Source: Macrostomum hystrix (lineage: Eukaryota > Animalia > Platyhelminthes). Taken from it: 64,000 nucleotides of DNA. Below, piece after piece: positions 35,562-49,000 of the stretch. A model generated the notes under the pieces. It searched no databases. It worked only from the letters and a program-made list of their open reading frames with translations, and was not told the origin of the DNA. The DNA is taken from the NCBI GenBank assembly GCA_950097015.1, contig CATNEN010000039.1, forward strand, positions 18,290,001 through 18,354,000. Direction: 5' to 3'. Positions within the stretch are counted from its first letter, which is position 1, and each line of letters begins with the position of its first letter. The position numbers and the translations under genes were made by a program.

Positions 35562-37809
35562 ATGTCTCAGCAGTTGGAGTATTTCCAGCCAATCAACGTC
35601 ACAGCTTACCGGTCGCTGTCCGAGCAGCAGCTGCGGATCCTCTCCTACCTGGACTGCGGCTTCGGCTCCTTGTCCATACTGGCATGCGCAGCTCTCGTTG
35701 GCGCCGCCATCGCCCGTGGCCGCCTCCGTCATCCCGAAGTCTATCCTGTCGTGCACCTGTCTATGGCAGATCTGTTGGCCACCACCTGCCTGTTAGTTAG
35801 CGCTGGCCTGCACCTCACTGGTCACAATGGCAGCCAGCCTTCTCTGCTGTGCGCCTACGCCACCGGTGCCACCACCGCCCTGTTTGTCTGCAGCTTCGGC
35901 CTCACACTGGCCTACGCTTATCAGGTGCGACCTGAACTGACAACTCATAGCCTCTCTTTATTCATTAATTCTTTCCAGCGCATTCTATCTACTCATCTTA
36001 ATATTTCTCTCTTATTCTTTCTCCCCTCTATCATTCTTTCCCCCCACTCCCACATTTTTTATTCCACTCCCTCATTCTTCCCCCACTCCCTCATTCTTCC
36101 CCAACTCCCTCATTCTCCCCCCCAATCCCTCATTCTTCCCCCACTCCCCCATTCCCCCCCACTCCCTCATTCTTCCCCCACTCCCTCATTCTCCCCCCCA
36201 CTCCCTCATTCTTTCCCTCACTCCCTCATTCTTCCCCCCACTCCCTCATTCTTTCCCTCACTCCCTCATTCTTCCCCCCACTCCCTCATTCTTTCCCTCA
36301 CTCCCTCATTCTTTCTCCCACTCCCTCATTCTTTCTCCCACTCCCTCATTCTTTCTCCCACTCCCTCATTCTTTCTCCCACTCCCTCATTCTTCCCCCCA
36401 CTCCCTCATTCTTTCCCTCACTCCCTCATTCTTCCCCCCACTCCCTCATTCTTTCTCCCACTCCCTCATTCTTTCTCCCACTCCCTCATTCTTTCTCCCA
36501 CTCCCTCATTCTTTCTCCCACTCCCTCATTCTTTCTCCCACTCCCTCATTCTTTCTCCCACTCCCTCATTTTTTCTCCCACTCCCTCATTCTTTCTCCCA
36601 CTCCCTCATTCTTTCTCTCTCAGTATTTCTCTCTTTCCCAGATTCTTTCGTCCCATCCCGTCTTTTTTATCTCTTTCATCCGTCTTTCTCCCACTTCCTC
36701 ATTCTTTCTCCCCTCTCTGATTATCTCCCCCATCCGGTTTTCTTTCTGCCCCTCCCTCAGCTGTGCATACTGATTCAATCACTTTAAAATCGCGCCTATC
36801 AATGGCCAACAACCTCAAGGTCTACCTGCGCCAACGAGCCGCCGCGCAAATCGCCGTAGAGGGCTACGTTTCCGGTAGAGTCGTCGGCGGCGGAGGCGGC
36901 GACAGCGACGGCGACGGCAGCTCCGGCATCGCCAGCCTTGAGGACGGGCACTGGAAAGCTCTGACAGCTATCGGCCTGGCCTGGGCTCTGCCGATGATTG
37001 GCGAGGCCGGCTTACTGACCGCTGCCTCGGTCCACTGGTCCTCCACGTCTGGATCAGCTGACGGCGGCGTCGTGTGCAGCAGCTGCTTACCCATATTTCG
37101 ATTCGATCAGGATCCCTGCTGGGAGACCGATCCTAAGAGGACCGACCGTCGAATGTGAGATAACAGATTTTATAGTCTTTGTGTGTGATTGGTCAATCTT
37201 TGTATATGATTGGTCAGTCTTTGTTTGTGATTGGTAGTTTTCAGTCTTCGTCTGTAATTGGTCAGTTTCAGTCTTTGTCTGTGATTGGTCAGTTACAGTC
37301 TTTGTCAATGATTGGTCAGTTTCAGTCTTTCAGTCCATTCCCCTCGCAGGTGGCTAAAGCTGGCCTTCCTAATCCCCCTGCTATGTGTACTGCTGAGCAG
37401 TTGCTGTCTCTACTGGCTGGCTGTGCACCATCGGGACCTGCGCGATCGCCGACTCGGCAGCCTGACCGCTGCAAACGCCGAAGCCAGACGGCGAATGCGT
37501 CGCCGAGTTGCCCTATTCATCGGCGTGTTCTTCGCCTGCTGGGGCCCGACCTTTGTCCTGGGCAGTCTCAGCCTGGCCATTCACTCCGAGACCGCGGCCG
37601 ATTTCTACTGGCTGTACATCCTACAGGCTGTCACTGCGCCTCTACAGGGCCTTCTTAATAGCGTCGTCTATGGCTGGCAACGGCGGGCATTCCTTCGCTC
37701 CCTGCTGCAACAGCTGCCGCGACGCGTCTCCTTGGCCGGTTTCGGTGTCGGAGCCGGCGACACCAGCGGTCGCTACGCTTCTTATAACACTTTCGCCTAT
37801 TCCACTTAG
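35562..37809 (+). CDS. TMEM116: TMEM116-like multi-pass (GPCR-like) membrane protein; exons 35562-35924, 36820-37154, 37350-37809
   Basis: LSI..AA...RHPEVYPVVHLSMADLL and LYILQAVTAPLQGLLNSVVYGW motifs; consistent intron phases (exon 2 acceptor is a weak AAG). Confidence 0.7.
36062..36615. repeat. 20-bp pyrimidine-rich intronic minisatellite
   Basis: ctccctcattctttctccca tandem units. Confidence 0.95.
37175..37335. repeat. Imperfect intronic repeat with GATTGGTCA (CCAAT on minus strand)
   Basis: About six tgattggtcagt copies. Confidence 0.7.
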
Positions 37810-37959
37810 ATGCTGCTGCTATATAATAATTTAATTGCGTTTCATATTCAGAGCGAATGCTTTTTCTTTAAATAAATGGCTGTCAATTTTGCTTTTGCCT
37901 CCTGCTCTGTTTTGTAGACTGATTTTGGTGCTTTGAAATAGCAGTGACTGTACGGGGTT

Positions 37960-38497
37960 TTAAGTGGCGGAGTTTGGGTAGGTGACTCTAGAAGTGGGGT
38001 GGTTAGAAGTGGCGGAGTTGGGGCGGGTGACTCTAGGGAGAGGTTAGAAGTGGCGGAGTTGGGGCGGGTGACTTTAGGGAGAGGTTAGAAGTGGTGGAGT
38101 TGGGGTGGGTGACTATAGGAAGGTGTTACAAGTGGCGGAGTTGGGGCGGGTGACTCTAGGGAGAGGTTAGAAGTGGCGGAGTTGGGGCGGGTGACTTTAG
38201 GGAGAGGTTAGAAGTGGTGGAGTTGGGGTGGGTGACTATAGGAAGGTGTTACAAGTGGCGGAGTTGGGGCGGGTGACTCTAGGGAGAGGTTAGAAGTGGC
38301 GGAGTTGGGGCGCGTGACTCTAGGGAGAGGTTAGAAGTGGCGGAGTTGAGGTGGGTGACTATAGGAAGGGGTTACAAGTGGCGGAGTTGAGGTGGGTGAC
38401 TATAGGAAGGGGTTACAAGTGGCGGAGTTGGGGCGGGTGACTCTTGGGAGAGGTTAGAAGTGGCGGAGTTGGGGTGGATGACTCCAGAAGTGGCGGA
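37960..38497. repeat. 41-bp G-rich minisatellite
   Basis: gaagtggcggagttggggcgggtgactctagggagaggtta. Confidence 0.95.
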
Positions 38498-39286
38498 CTG
38501 TACTTTTATTTGAACGAATGACAGATCTCCCGTTTTTTCGTGTCCTTTGTATCAGCCAGCCTTGTCCTCTCTTGTGCCTATTTATCACGCAAATCGATCA
38601 GGTAACGGTGGCAATTTTACTGCGCACAAGTCTTTCCGCTTTATTATTATAGTAGAAATAAAAATTGCTTATGTTATTGATTATATGAGTACATTTCGTT
38701 TTATTTTGTTTTACAACATTTCGAAAATTTAACTGGTGCTATTTTGATCTACCAGATGATTTTTATTCTTGAGATCAATTGTTTGTAGATAAGGTTTTAC
38801 TTGATTTTTAAAGTGCCTCAATAATACGAGTATACTCACATCTATGCATGCAGAACAAAGAAGATTAACTGTTGGTGTGCAATTTAGAGAAATAATACTG
38901 CCGAAAGTGTTCGACACCTTATTTCTTTATTATGTATTCGAGAATAATTTAAAGATAGTGCTAAATAACATTGACAGGAAAAGTACAAATATTAGAAGTT
39001 GTGTAATTAGGGCAGAAACAGAAAGAAAAATGCTATATAAACATATGATTTGCATGGCCGGAAAATTAACAATTAACCTTTGCTCCGCCGCCATGTGTGT
39101 CACGGTTATTTTAAGCTTGCGAAAATTGCCAACATAAAAGTAAAATTTCTAAATATACACATTTTATTAAACTGGGGCTACGAGTACATTATAACAGGGA
39201 CGGAATATAAGCTGTCGCTTACAAAAAGGTGTAAATAAATATAATTATAGTACTTTTACGATTATAAAGTATGACAAAAAATTGAA

Positions 39287-39920
39287 TGAGAAGTTTAGGG
39301 ATTTCAAAATGTCGGTGGAAATGGGATGAGAAGTTTAGGGATTTCAAAATGTCGGTGGAAATTGGATGAGAAGTTTAGGGATTTCAAAGTGTCGATGGAA
39401 ATGGGACGAGAAGTTTAGGGATTTCAAAATGTCGGTGGAAATGGGACGAGAAGTTTAGGGACTTCAAAATGTCGGTGGAAATGGGACGAGAAGTTTAGGG
39501 ACTTCAAAGTGTCGGTGGAAATGGGACGAGAAGTTTAGGGATTTCTAAGTGTCGATGGAAATGGGACGAGAAGTTTAGGGATTTCAAAATGTCGGTGGAA
39601 ATGGGACGAGAAGTTTAGGGACTTCAAAGTGTCGGTGGAAATGGGACGAGAAGTTAAGGGATTTCAAAATGTCGTTGGAAATGGGATGAGATTGAGAAGT
39701 TTAGGGATTTCAAAATGTCAATGGAAATGGGATGAGAAGTTTAGGGATTTCAAAGTGTCGTTGGAAATGGGATGAGAAGTTAAGGGATTTCAAAGTGTCG
39801 ATGGAAATGGGATGAGAAGATTAGCGATTTCAAAGTGTCTGTGGAAATGGGATGAGAAGTTAAGGGATTTCAAAATGTCGGTGGAAATGGGACGAGAAGT
39901 TTAGGGATTTCAAAGTGTCC
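39287..39920. repeat. 40-bp minisatellite
   Basis: gagaagtttagggatttcaaaatgtcggtggaaatgggac. Confidence 0.95.
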
Positions 39921-40071
39921 AAATGGTATAAAAGTTTAAAGGAATTAATCTGAGGAATAAGGCGTTAAGTGATTTAAAAGTCGGAGATTTAAAAAATCTA
40001 AGAAATGACACCTAATCTAGTCAAGTCAATATCATGTCATTTGAGTCTGAGCTCAGATCCACTCGATTTGG

Positions 40072-43000
40072 TTAAGAAGAGGTCGTCGACTTGTTGGACT
40101 TGGGAATAAAATCCCCAGCCGGCAGGCAGCGGCCGGCGGCCACGCAGGCGTGGACCCACTCGGGCGTGACCACCGCCACTGCCGCGGTTGTTTCGCGGGC
40201 TCCGTTAGCTTCCATGGTGACAAGAAAATTTAAGCCGACCAAGTCATCGCCGGTGCTGCTCGACGGCATCAGGCGGACGTCGGCGTCGTAGGCGAGCAAG
40301 TAGCGCGACAGCTGATCAGCGTCCGCCTCAGTCAGGTCTGCGGCAAGGCCGACTCGGCGACCGGTGAAAATGTCAGCCAAGTTTATTGTCCGGCGCGGAC
40401 GCTTAGCTTCGGGCTGTTCGTTAACTTCCGGCTCCTCGTCATCCGCCTCCTCCTGTTTGTCCTCAACATCCTCGATTGTGGGGTCGTCGGCAGCGGCGGC
40501 CGTTCTCAGATTTCGGCCTCGTTTTCTAGGAAAATAATAGACGAAGGCCGGCACGCCGCGTCTGGCCAGCAGTTTCTGCAGGTTGCGCTCAACGCCGTAC
40601 CAGCCCAGGCCGGCGCTCAGGCCGTGGCCGAGGCGCGGCAGGTGAACGCTGGCGACAGTGGCGGCTGCGGCTGCCTTGGAAGAGGAAGCGGCCAGTTGTC
40701 CAGGCAGACGAAATGCGCTCAACCGCAGCTTCTCCAGGCATTGTTGCAGGGCGCGCAGCTGGATGGGCCGACCGGGCTGACTCGAGTCCTGGCGTACGAC
40801 GTAATGAGTTGTGACCCATGAGTTATGAGCCGTGAGTCATGAGCCGTGAGTTTTGAGTCATGAGTTATGAGCAATGAGTAATGAGTTATGAGCAGTGAGT
40901 AATGAATTATGAGCAGTCAGTAATGAGTTATGAGCTATGCAATATGAGTCATGACGAAAGATAGAATACGCACTTTTGGATTCAACCTGCCGTTTCTACT
41001 GGCAACACTCACACGGATCCCGGCAGCTATTAGATGAAAGGAGTGTCACGTGACACACATGTAATGTTAGCCAATAGAAACGGCTGGGTGATTTCCAAGG
41101 TCAAAGCACGGTAAACACTCACCTGGCAGACCAGCAGGCCGCAGTAGATCTGGACGCCGCGGCGAGCACCCAACGGCAGCAGGTGCAAATCGCCCAGGTG
41201 AAGATCACCCAGCCGGCCGGCCGCTTCGTAGCCGGCGCCGACGCCGGACTTCGGCCAGGCGGAGTCGAGAGCGGCGAACACTCCGCCCGAGCCCCAACGG
41301 CCGGCGTCGTCGACTGACTGGCAGACTATGGCGACCCCGGCCTCCAGGCCCTCCTGCGGCTGGGCGACGTCGCCGATGACGTAGCTGAGCCCGACACTGC
41401 CCGATGAGGCTCCTTCGGCGTCTTCGTCCGCACCGACGCTGCCGACGCCTTGCAGCTCGTCACTCTCGTCTTCGCCTTCATCGTCTTCGTCGTCGCTGCC
41501 GGTTGTGATAGCAACCGAATGCGAGGTGTAGCCGGCAGCGCGCCACTCTGCAGCTCGACGCTCTTCCCGACGACGCGCCGCCGCTTCTGCTTCGGCAGCG
41601 CGTGCCGCCGCGGCAGCCTCTCGACGCGCTCGACGCTCCGCCTTCTCGGCGTCTGTCAGCGGCCGACGCGCCTGTTTGCGCGACGTCGCCGCGTCATCTG
41701 CTAGCTGCATCGAAGCGCCAGCCTATAAAAACGAGAGGGAAGATCTAGTGTTAGTAGGCCGAATATGATATTTGAAGGTCAAGTAGGATATTTGAAGGTC
41801 AAATAGAATATTAGAAGGTCAAATCAGATAATTGAATGTAAAATAGAATACTAGAAGGTCGAATGGACGCCTGAAGGTTAAATAGAACACCTGAGGGCAA
41901 ATCGAATATCTCAAGGTCAAATAGGATCTGTGATGTAAAGAGAGAAAACATTTGGCACCTGGCCGCGCAATCCGCGTCCGACAGCCGACGCCGATGACGT
42001 CTCCTTTACGCGCAGATCAGTCAGCAGCGCCTGCAGCGCCTTCTCATCATCCTTTGTCTCCAGCTCTTCAACAGCCGCAGCGCCGCTGTAATCCTTGCCC
42101 TCCCACATGTACATGTGCGTGACTGCGCTTTCCACTGTAGTTTCTTTCGTCTTTGAAGAAGCATCGGAGGCGGTTGAGACGGCAGCAGCCTTGGCCGATG
42201 CCGGCGGCTCAGAGAAGGCCCAACGACCGCCGGGCTGCTCGGTGGGACCGAGAACCGCGCCAAAGTCGACGGTGCCAACAGCGTCGGTATCTTCAATGTC
42301 GTCCATGAGCTTTGATAGACCGAATTTGATGATCTCGCGAAGCTGCGCGTGGTGAGTTTAGAGGATTTTAGGAGATGATTTAAGTGGCGATGGGATTTGT
42401 AAACGATGGTATCTATGAACTATGGTATCTATGAACTATGGTATCTATGAACTATGGGATCTGTGAACTATGGGATCTGTGAACTATGGGATATGTGAAC
42501 TATGGGATCTGTGAACTATGGGATCTGTGAACTATGGGATCTATGAACTATGGGATTTGTAAACTATGGGATCTGTGAACTATGGGATCTGTGAACTATG
42601 GAATCTATGAACTATGGGATGTGTGAACTATGGGATCTGTGAACTATGGGATCTGTGAACTATGGGATCTGTGAACTATGGGATCTGTGAACTATGGGAT
42701 CTGTGAACTATGGGATCTGTGAACTATGGGATCTGTGAACTATGGGATCTGTGAACTATGGGATCTGTGAACTATGGGATCTGTGAACTATGGTATCTGT
42801 GAACTATGGGATATGTGAACTATGGGATCTGTGAACTATGGTATCTATGAACTATGGGATCTATGAACTATGGGATGTGTGAACTATGGGATCTGTGAAC
42901 TATGGTATCTATGAACTATGGTATCTGTGAACTATGGGATCTGTGAACTATGGGATCTATGAACTATGGGATTTGTAAACTATGGGATCTGTGAACTATG

Positions 43001-46000
43001 GGATCTGTGAACTATGGGATCTGTGAACTATGGGATCTGTGAACTATGGTATCTATGAACTATGGTATCTGTGAACTATGGGATCTGTGAACTATGGGAT
43101 ATGTGAACTATGGGATCTGTGAACTATGGGATCTGTGAACTATGGGATCTATGAACTATGGGATTTGTAAACTATGGGATCTGTGAACTATGGGATCTGT
43201 GAACTATGGGATCTGTGAACTATGGGATCTGTGAACTATGGTATCTATGAACTATGGTATCTGTGAACTATGGGATCTGTGAACTATGGGAACTATGAAC
43301 TATGGGATTTGTAAACTATGGGATCTGTGAACTATGGGATCTGTGAACTATGGGATCTGTGAACTATGGGATCTGTGAACTATGGGATCTGTGAACTATG
43401 GGATCTGTGAACTATGGGATCTGTGAACTATGGGATCTGTGAACTATGGGATCTGTGAACTATGGGATCTGTGAACTATGGGATCTGTGAACTATGGGAT
43501 CTGTGAACTATGGGATCTGTGAACTATGGGATCTGTGAACTATGGTATCTATGAACAATGTGATAAGTGAACAGAAGACCTTGCAGACCAACTTATCTAA
43601 TTCGACACACCTGTTTAGACGCGTCCGCCTCCTTAGCCTTGTCTGAATCGTCAAATCCGAGCGAGAATTTTCCGTGCCCAATAACCTGCTTAGTTAGGGC
43701 CAGCTTGCTCTCGGCTCTGCGCAGGATAATCTCCTCGATTGTGTTCCTACCGGCGAGGCGGATTATCTTGACATTCCTGGACAGGGTTAAGAATTAATAT
43801 TATGTCAGCATTAAGTCAAATACAGACTTAATGAGTCACGTGATCAAACTACAGCACATTACACTAAGAATAAATTTAAAAAATTTGTAAAAAAATCGGT
43901 CTAAAAGTACACATTTCCTCAAAAGTACATGATAACAAAGTACAAGTCACCGCAAAAGTACATTTTAAACCATTAAGTACGAATCGGGGTGAGTGGCAGA
44001 GCGGTCTAACGCGTTTGCTTCTCGCACCAAGTTTCCTGTGCTCGTTCACGCGGCGAGGCCACATTCATTTGGGGCGCAGCCGCGGAGGAAGGCTTGGGGG
44101 CTTGTCGTGCAATTTACGCCCGTGAAGGCCCAACCTCCAACTTTCGTTAAAGTACATTCAAACTGCATGAGGATATCAGTGCAAGACTTTCGTTAAAGTA
44201 CATTTAAACTGCGTGATGATATCAGTGAAAAACTTTCGCTAAAGTACATTCAAACTGCGTGATGATATCAGTGAAAAACTTTCGTTAAAGTACATTTAAA
44301 CTGCGTGATGATATCAGTGCAAAACTTTCGTTAAAGTACATTTAAACTGCGTGATGATATCAGTGCAAAACTTTCGTTAAAGTACATTCAAACTGCGTGA
44401 TGATATCAGTGCAAAACTTTCGTTAAAGTACATTTAAACTGCGTGATGATATCAGTGCAAAACTTTCGTTAAAGTACATTTAAACTGCGTGATGATATCA
44501 GTGCAAAACTTTCGTTAAAGTACATTTAAACTGCGTGATGATATCAGTGCAAAACTTTCGTTAAAGTACATTCAAACTGCGTGATGATATCAGTGCAAAA
44601 CTTTCGTTAAAGTACATTCAAACTGCGTGACGATATCAGTGCAAAACTTTCTTTAAAGAACATTGAAATTTCAACCCACCTGGTCTGGCCAATCCGGTGA
44701 ACGCGCGCCGCCGCCTGCAAATCATTTTGCGGATTAAAATCACTGTCAACAAAGATGACGGTGTCGGCGCTGACCAGATTCAAGCCAACACCGCCGGCGC
44801 GAGTGCTCAGCAGAAAAACGAATGTCTCGGCTGTCTGGTTGAAGTTTTTGACGGCCAAAAAGCGCTCCTCGCCCCTAACGGAGCCGTCCAGACGCTCGTA
44901 AGTGAAGCCTGTGTGAAAGCATGGCTTGAAACAGTTAGTTTCATTGATTTGCTTCACATAAAAATTAGGTTCCGGTTTTAACTTCACCTCGATAAGTCAG
45001 ATAATCCTGCAGAATGTCCAGCATATGAGTCATCTGTGAGAACATCAGCACCTTGTGTCCATTAGCCTTCAGGTATTTCAACAGTCGGTCGATTAGAATC
45101 AGCTTAGCGCTGGCTGTAACCAGGTGCTCACCAGGCTGAAATGGCTCCGGTTCCACACCTATTCGAATAGATTGGTTAGAAACAAATGGAGAATAAGATG
45201 CGCAACACGCCTACTGACAGTAGCTAAAATGGCTATTTTAAAGGCAACCCTAAGCTACGAATTCTGCTGCAATACTAGCAAGCAAAAAATCCAGCTGAGA
45301 TTCTAACTACGATTCCTGCTGCGATTCTATCTACGGTTCCTGATGCGATTCTATCTACGGTTCCTGATGCGATTCTAGCTACGGTTCCTGGTGCGATTCT
45401 AGCTCCGGTTTCTGATGCGATTCTATCTACGGTTCCTGGTGCGATTCTAGCTCCGGTTTCTGATGCGATTCTATCTACGGTTCCTGATGCGATTCTAGCT
45501 ACGGTTCCTGATGCAATTCTAGCTACGGTTCCTAGTGCGATTCTAGCTACTGTTCCTGATGCGATTCTAGCTACGGTTCCTGATGCGATTCTAGCTACGG
45601 TTCCTGATGCGATTCTAGCTACGGTTCCTGATGCGATTCTAGCTACTGTTCCTGATGCGATTCTAGCTACGGTTCCTGATGTGATTCTAGCTAAGATTCC
45701 TGATGCGGTTCCAGCTACGGTTCCTGCTGCGATTCCTGCTACGGTTCCTGATTTGATTCTAGCTACGGTTCCTAGTGCGATTCTAGCTACAATTTCTAAT
45801 GTGATTCTAGCTACAGTTTCTAATGTGATTCTAGCTACAGTTTCTAATGTGATTCTAGCTACAGTTTCTAATGTGATTCTAGCTACAGTTTCTAATGTGA
45901 TTCTAGCTACAGTTTCTAATGTGATTCTAGCTACAGTTTCTAATGTGATTCTAGCTACAGTTTTTAATGTGATTCTAGCTACAATTTCTAATGTGATTCT

Positions 46001-49000
46001 AGCTACAGTTTCTAATGTGATTCTAGCTACAGTTTCTAATGTGATTCTAGCTACAATTTCTAATGTGATTCTAGCTACAGTTTCTAATGTGATTCTAGCT
46101 ACAGTTTCTAATGTGATTCTAGCTACAGTTTCTAATGTGATTCTAGCTACAGTTTCTAATGTGATTCTAGCTACAGTTTCTAATGTGATTCTAGCTACAG
46201 TTTCTAATGTGATTCTAGCTACAGTTTCTAATGTGATTCTAGCTACAATTTCTAATGTGATTCTAGCTACAGTTTCTAATGTGATTCTAGCTACAGTTTC
46301 TAATGTGATTCTAGCTACAGTTTCTAATGTGATTCTAGCTACAGTTTCTAATGTGATTCTAGCTACAGTTTCTAATGTGATTCTAGCTACAGTTTCTAAT
46401 GTGATTCTAGCTACAATTTCTAATGTGATTCTAGCTACAATTTCTAATGTGATTCTAGCTACAGTTTCTAATGTGATTCTAGCTACAGTTTCTAATGTGA
46501 TTCTAGCTACAATTTCTAATGTGATTCTAGCTACAATTTCTAATGTGATTCTAGCTACAGTTTCTAATGTGATTCTGGCTACAGTTTCTAATGTGATTCT
46601 AGCTACAGTTTCTAATGTGATTCTAGCTACAGTTTCTAATGTGATTCTAGCTACAATTTCTAATGTGATTCTAGCTACGAATCTATGTGGTGCAGTTCTC
46701 ATAAGCTCAGACAAACTCACCATCAAACAGATAAGGATGGTTAATACATTTTCGCAGCTGCATTTGAATGTTTAATAGGCGAGTCTTATTCCCAGTGGCC
46801 GTGTCAAATGCGTCTGAAAAAATCACAGTATATTTAGTTGATTACGACATTGGAATGGAGAAATTTAGATTTCATTACAATTTGGTTTTACCAATGTTTT
46901 TGGTCAGTATAGCCTTGTAGTACTTCTTTTGCAGTCCTGTCAGGCCGTGATAAAGAATCACTTCTACCTTCTTTGGCAGGCTTTTAAGCACGTCCTCTTT
47001 GATGCGGCGCAGTAGAAACGGTTTTAGGATCTCGTAGAGAGCCCCAGATTCTGCGATGCGTTTTGGGATAAACCGTTGAAAATGAACTTATGATCATTCA
47101 AGCTTTTCCCAAAATCTTGAGAACACCTGGTTACAGTTTTTATACGCTAAAATACACACCATGTATAGATTCTAAAGCACACACTAATCCGGATCTAAAG
47201 TACACGCCAGTTAGGATCTAAAGTACACACAAATTAGGATCTGAAGTACACGCCAGTTAGGATCTAAAGTACACGCCAGTTAGGATCTAAAGTACACACA
47301 AATTAGGATCTGAAGTACACGCCAATTAGGATCTGATGTACACGCCAATTAGGATCTAAAGTACACGCCAGTTAGGATCTAAAGTACACACAAATTAGGA
47401 TCTGAAGTACACGCCAATTAGGATCTGAAGTACACGCCAATTAGGATCTAAAGTACACGCCAGTTAGGATCTAAAGTACACACAAATTAGGATCTGAAGT
47501 ACACGCCAATTAGGATCTAAAGTACACATTAAATAGTATCTAAAGTACACACTAATTAGATTCAAAAGTACACACTAATCAGGATCTAAAGTACACGCCA
47601 ATTATAATCTAAAGTACACACCAATTAGGATCTAAAATACACACCACTTAGGATCAAAAGTACATGCCAATTAGGATCTTAAGTGCACACTAATCAAGAT
47701 CTTAAGTACACACCAATTAGGATAAAAAACTTTACAAAAGGGATTAAAACCCCGAATTCATTAACTTACTATCGTCCGAAGAAACTAATTCGGTAACTTC
47801 GGCAGTAAATTGATCTCTCAATTTGAGACGAAACACTTTCGGAGCAACAAAACTGAGTAGGGTGAACAATTCTTCAAGATTGTTCTGTATTGGCGTGCCA
47901 GTTAAGATGAAACGACAGTTGGCATTAAGCTGAATGTGAAAAAGAAACACGTATTGAAAACACCGTTGAAAATATTGCAAGTTTTCGACAACTGATCACT
48001 CACAGCTCTGAGGGCCTGGTGTAGTTGCGAGTTGGAGTTTTTCAGCCGATGACCTTCGTCCACAACCATGGCGTCGAATGAGAATTTGGCAAAGAATTCT
48101 TCGTCCTTAAGGCACAACTGCGGGAAGCCAGAGTTTTGAGGGTAAATAGCGCATCAAGAGGGTCATGAGTTCGAATCCGTAACGAGGCGATATTTTTTAA
48201 CTTCATTTGGAGCTCATATGCAGACAGTAAGCGCGTACAAATAAATATTCTTGAATTTCTAGTGTCCACAAACACAAACGTTAAATTTTTAAGTAAATAT
48301 ACTGCTTTAGAAATAGCCGATATGTATCGAAAAAAAATATAATTCATGGAATGCATTTTCAATCCATATGGTTGAATAGAGGAGCGTTCTAACGCGTTTG
48401 CCTCTCGATACAATGTGCTCCAACTTGATTAATTCGGGCGCAGCCACGTACAGAAGGCTTAAGAGCTTTTCGTACAGTTACGCCTTCGAGGGCCAAACCC
48501 CAACCCCCTGACGGTAAGAAAGTTGAAGGGCAGATGTACACATCGGAATGGACAGTATCGGTTCCGCGCTGGCTGCGGGTCTGATGTCACCAAATTATGT
48601 GTTAGAGGCCACAGCCCTCATGATCCTATACCAGGAACAGCTAAAATGTTCCAAAACATTAGCTTAAAAAACGTGCCGATATGTATAGAAAAAGCTGAAA
48701 CTTGAACAACTAATTATCGTAAAAAAAGGATTTCAGTAGAATATCAGCACCCAGCTCAGTCACCTCATAGGTGGACAGCAGCACTGTCCAGTCGTCACGG
48801 CGCAGCTCACGCCGCAGCTGCTCTCGTTCGGCTTTGTCGCCGACAAACACGCGCACAATCAGTTGTGGCGCAAATTTTGTCAATTCGTCGCGCCAATTGT
48901 TAAGAACAGACAGGGGGCAGACAATTAGGGAACGGCCGCTGCTGCTGCTGTTGCTGCCGCCAACGCGCCTGCTGGTGTGCAGACCCAATAGGAAGGCCAC

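Noticed and set aside
35925-36773. Pro/Ser/Leu-rich continuation of the 403-aa ORF
   Set aside because: Read-through into intron 1, which is filled with a stop-free 20-bp pyrimidine repeat
36761-36819. CCTCAG at 36760 as the TMEM116 exon-2 acceptor
   Set aside because: It gives an in-frame stop after 8 codons; the AAG at 36819 restores the frame
39287-39920. Interstitial telomeric repeat (TTAGGG)
   Set aside because: Only one hexamer per 40-bp unit, not tandem
40072-40722. Separate XRCC1 or LIG3 gene
   Set aside because: The BRCT is in the same exon and frame as the end of the CHD1L macrodomain
45275-46775. 483-aa and 364-aa repeat ORFs
   Set aside because: They lie in CHD1L intron 6 and are satellite artefacts
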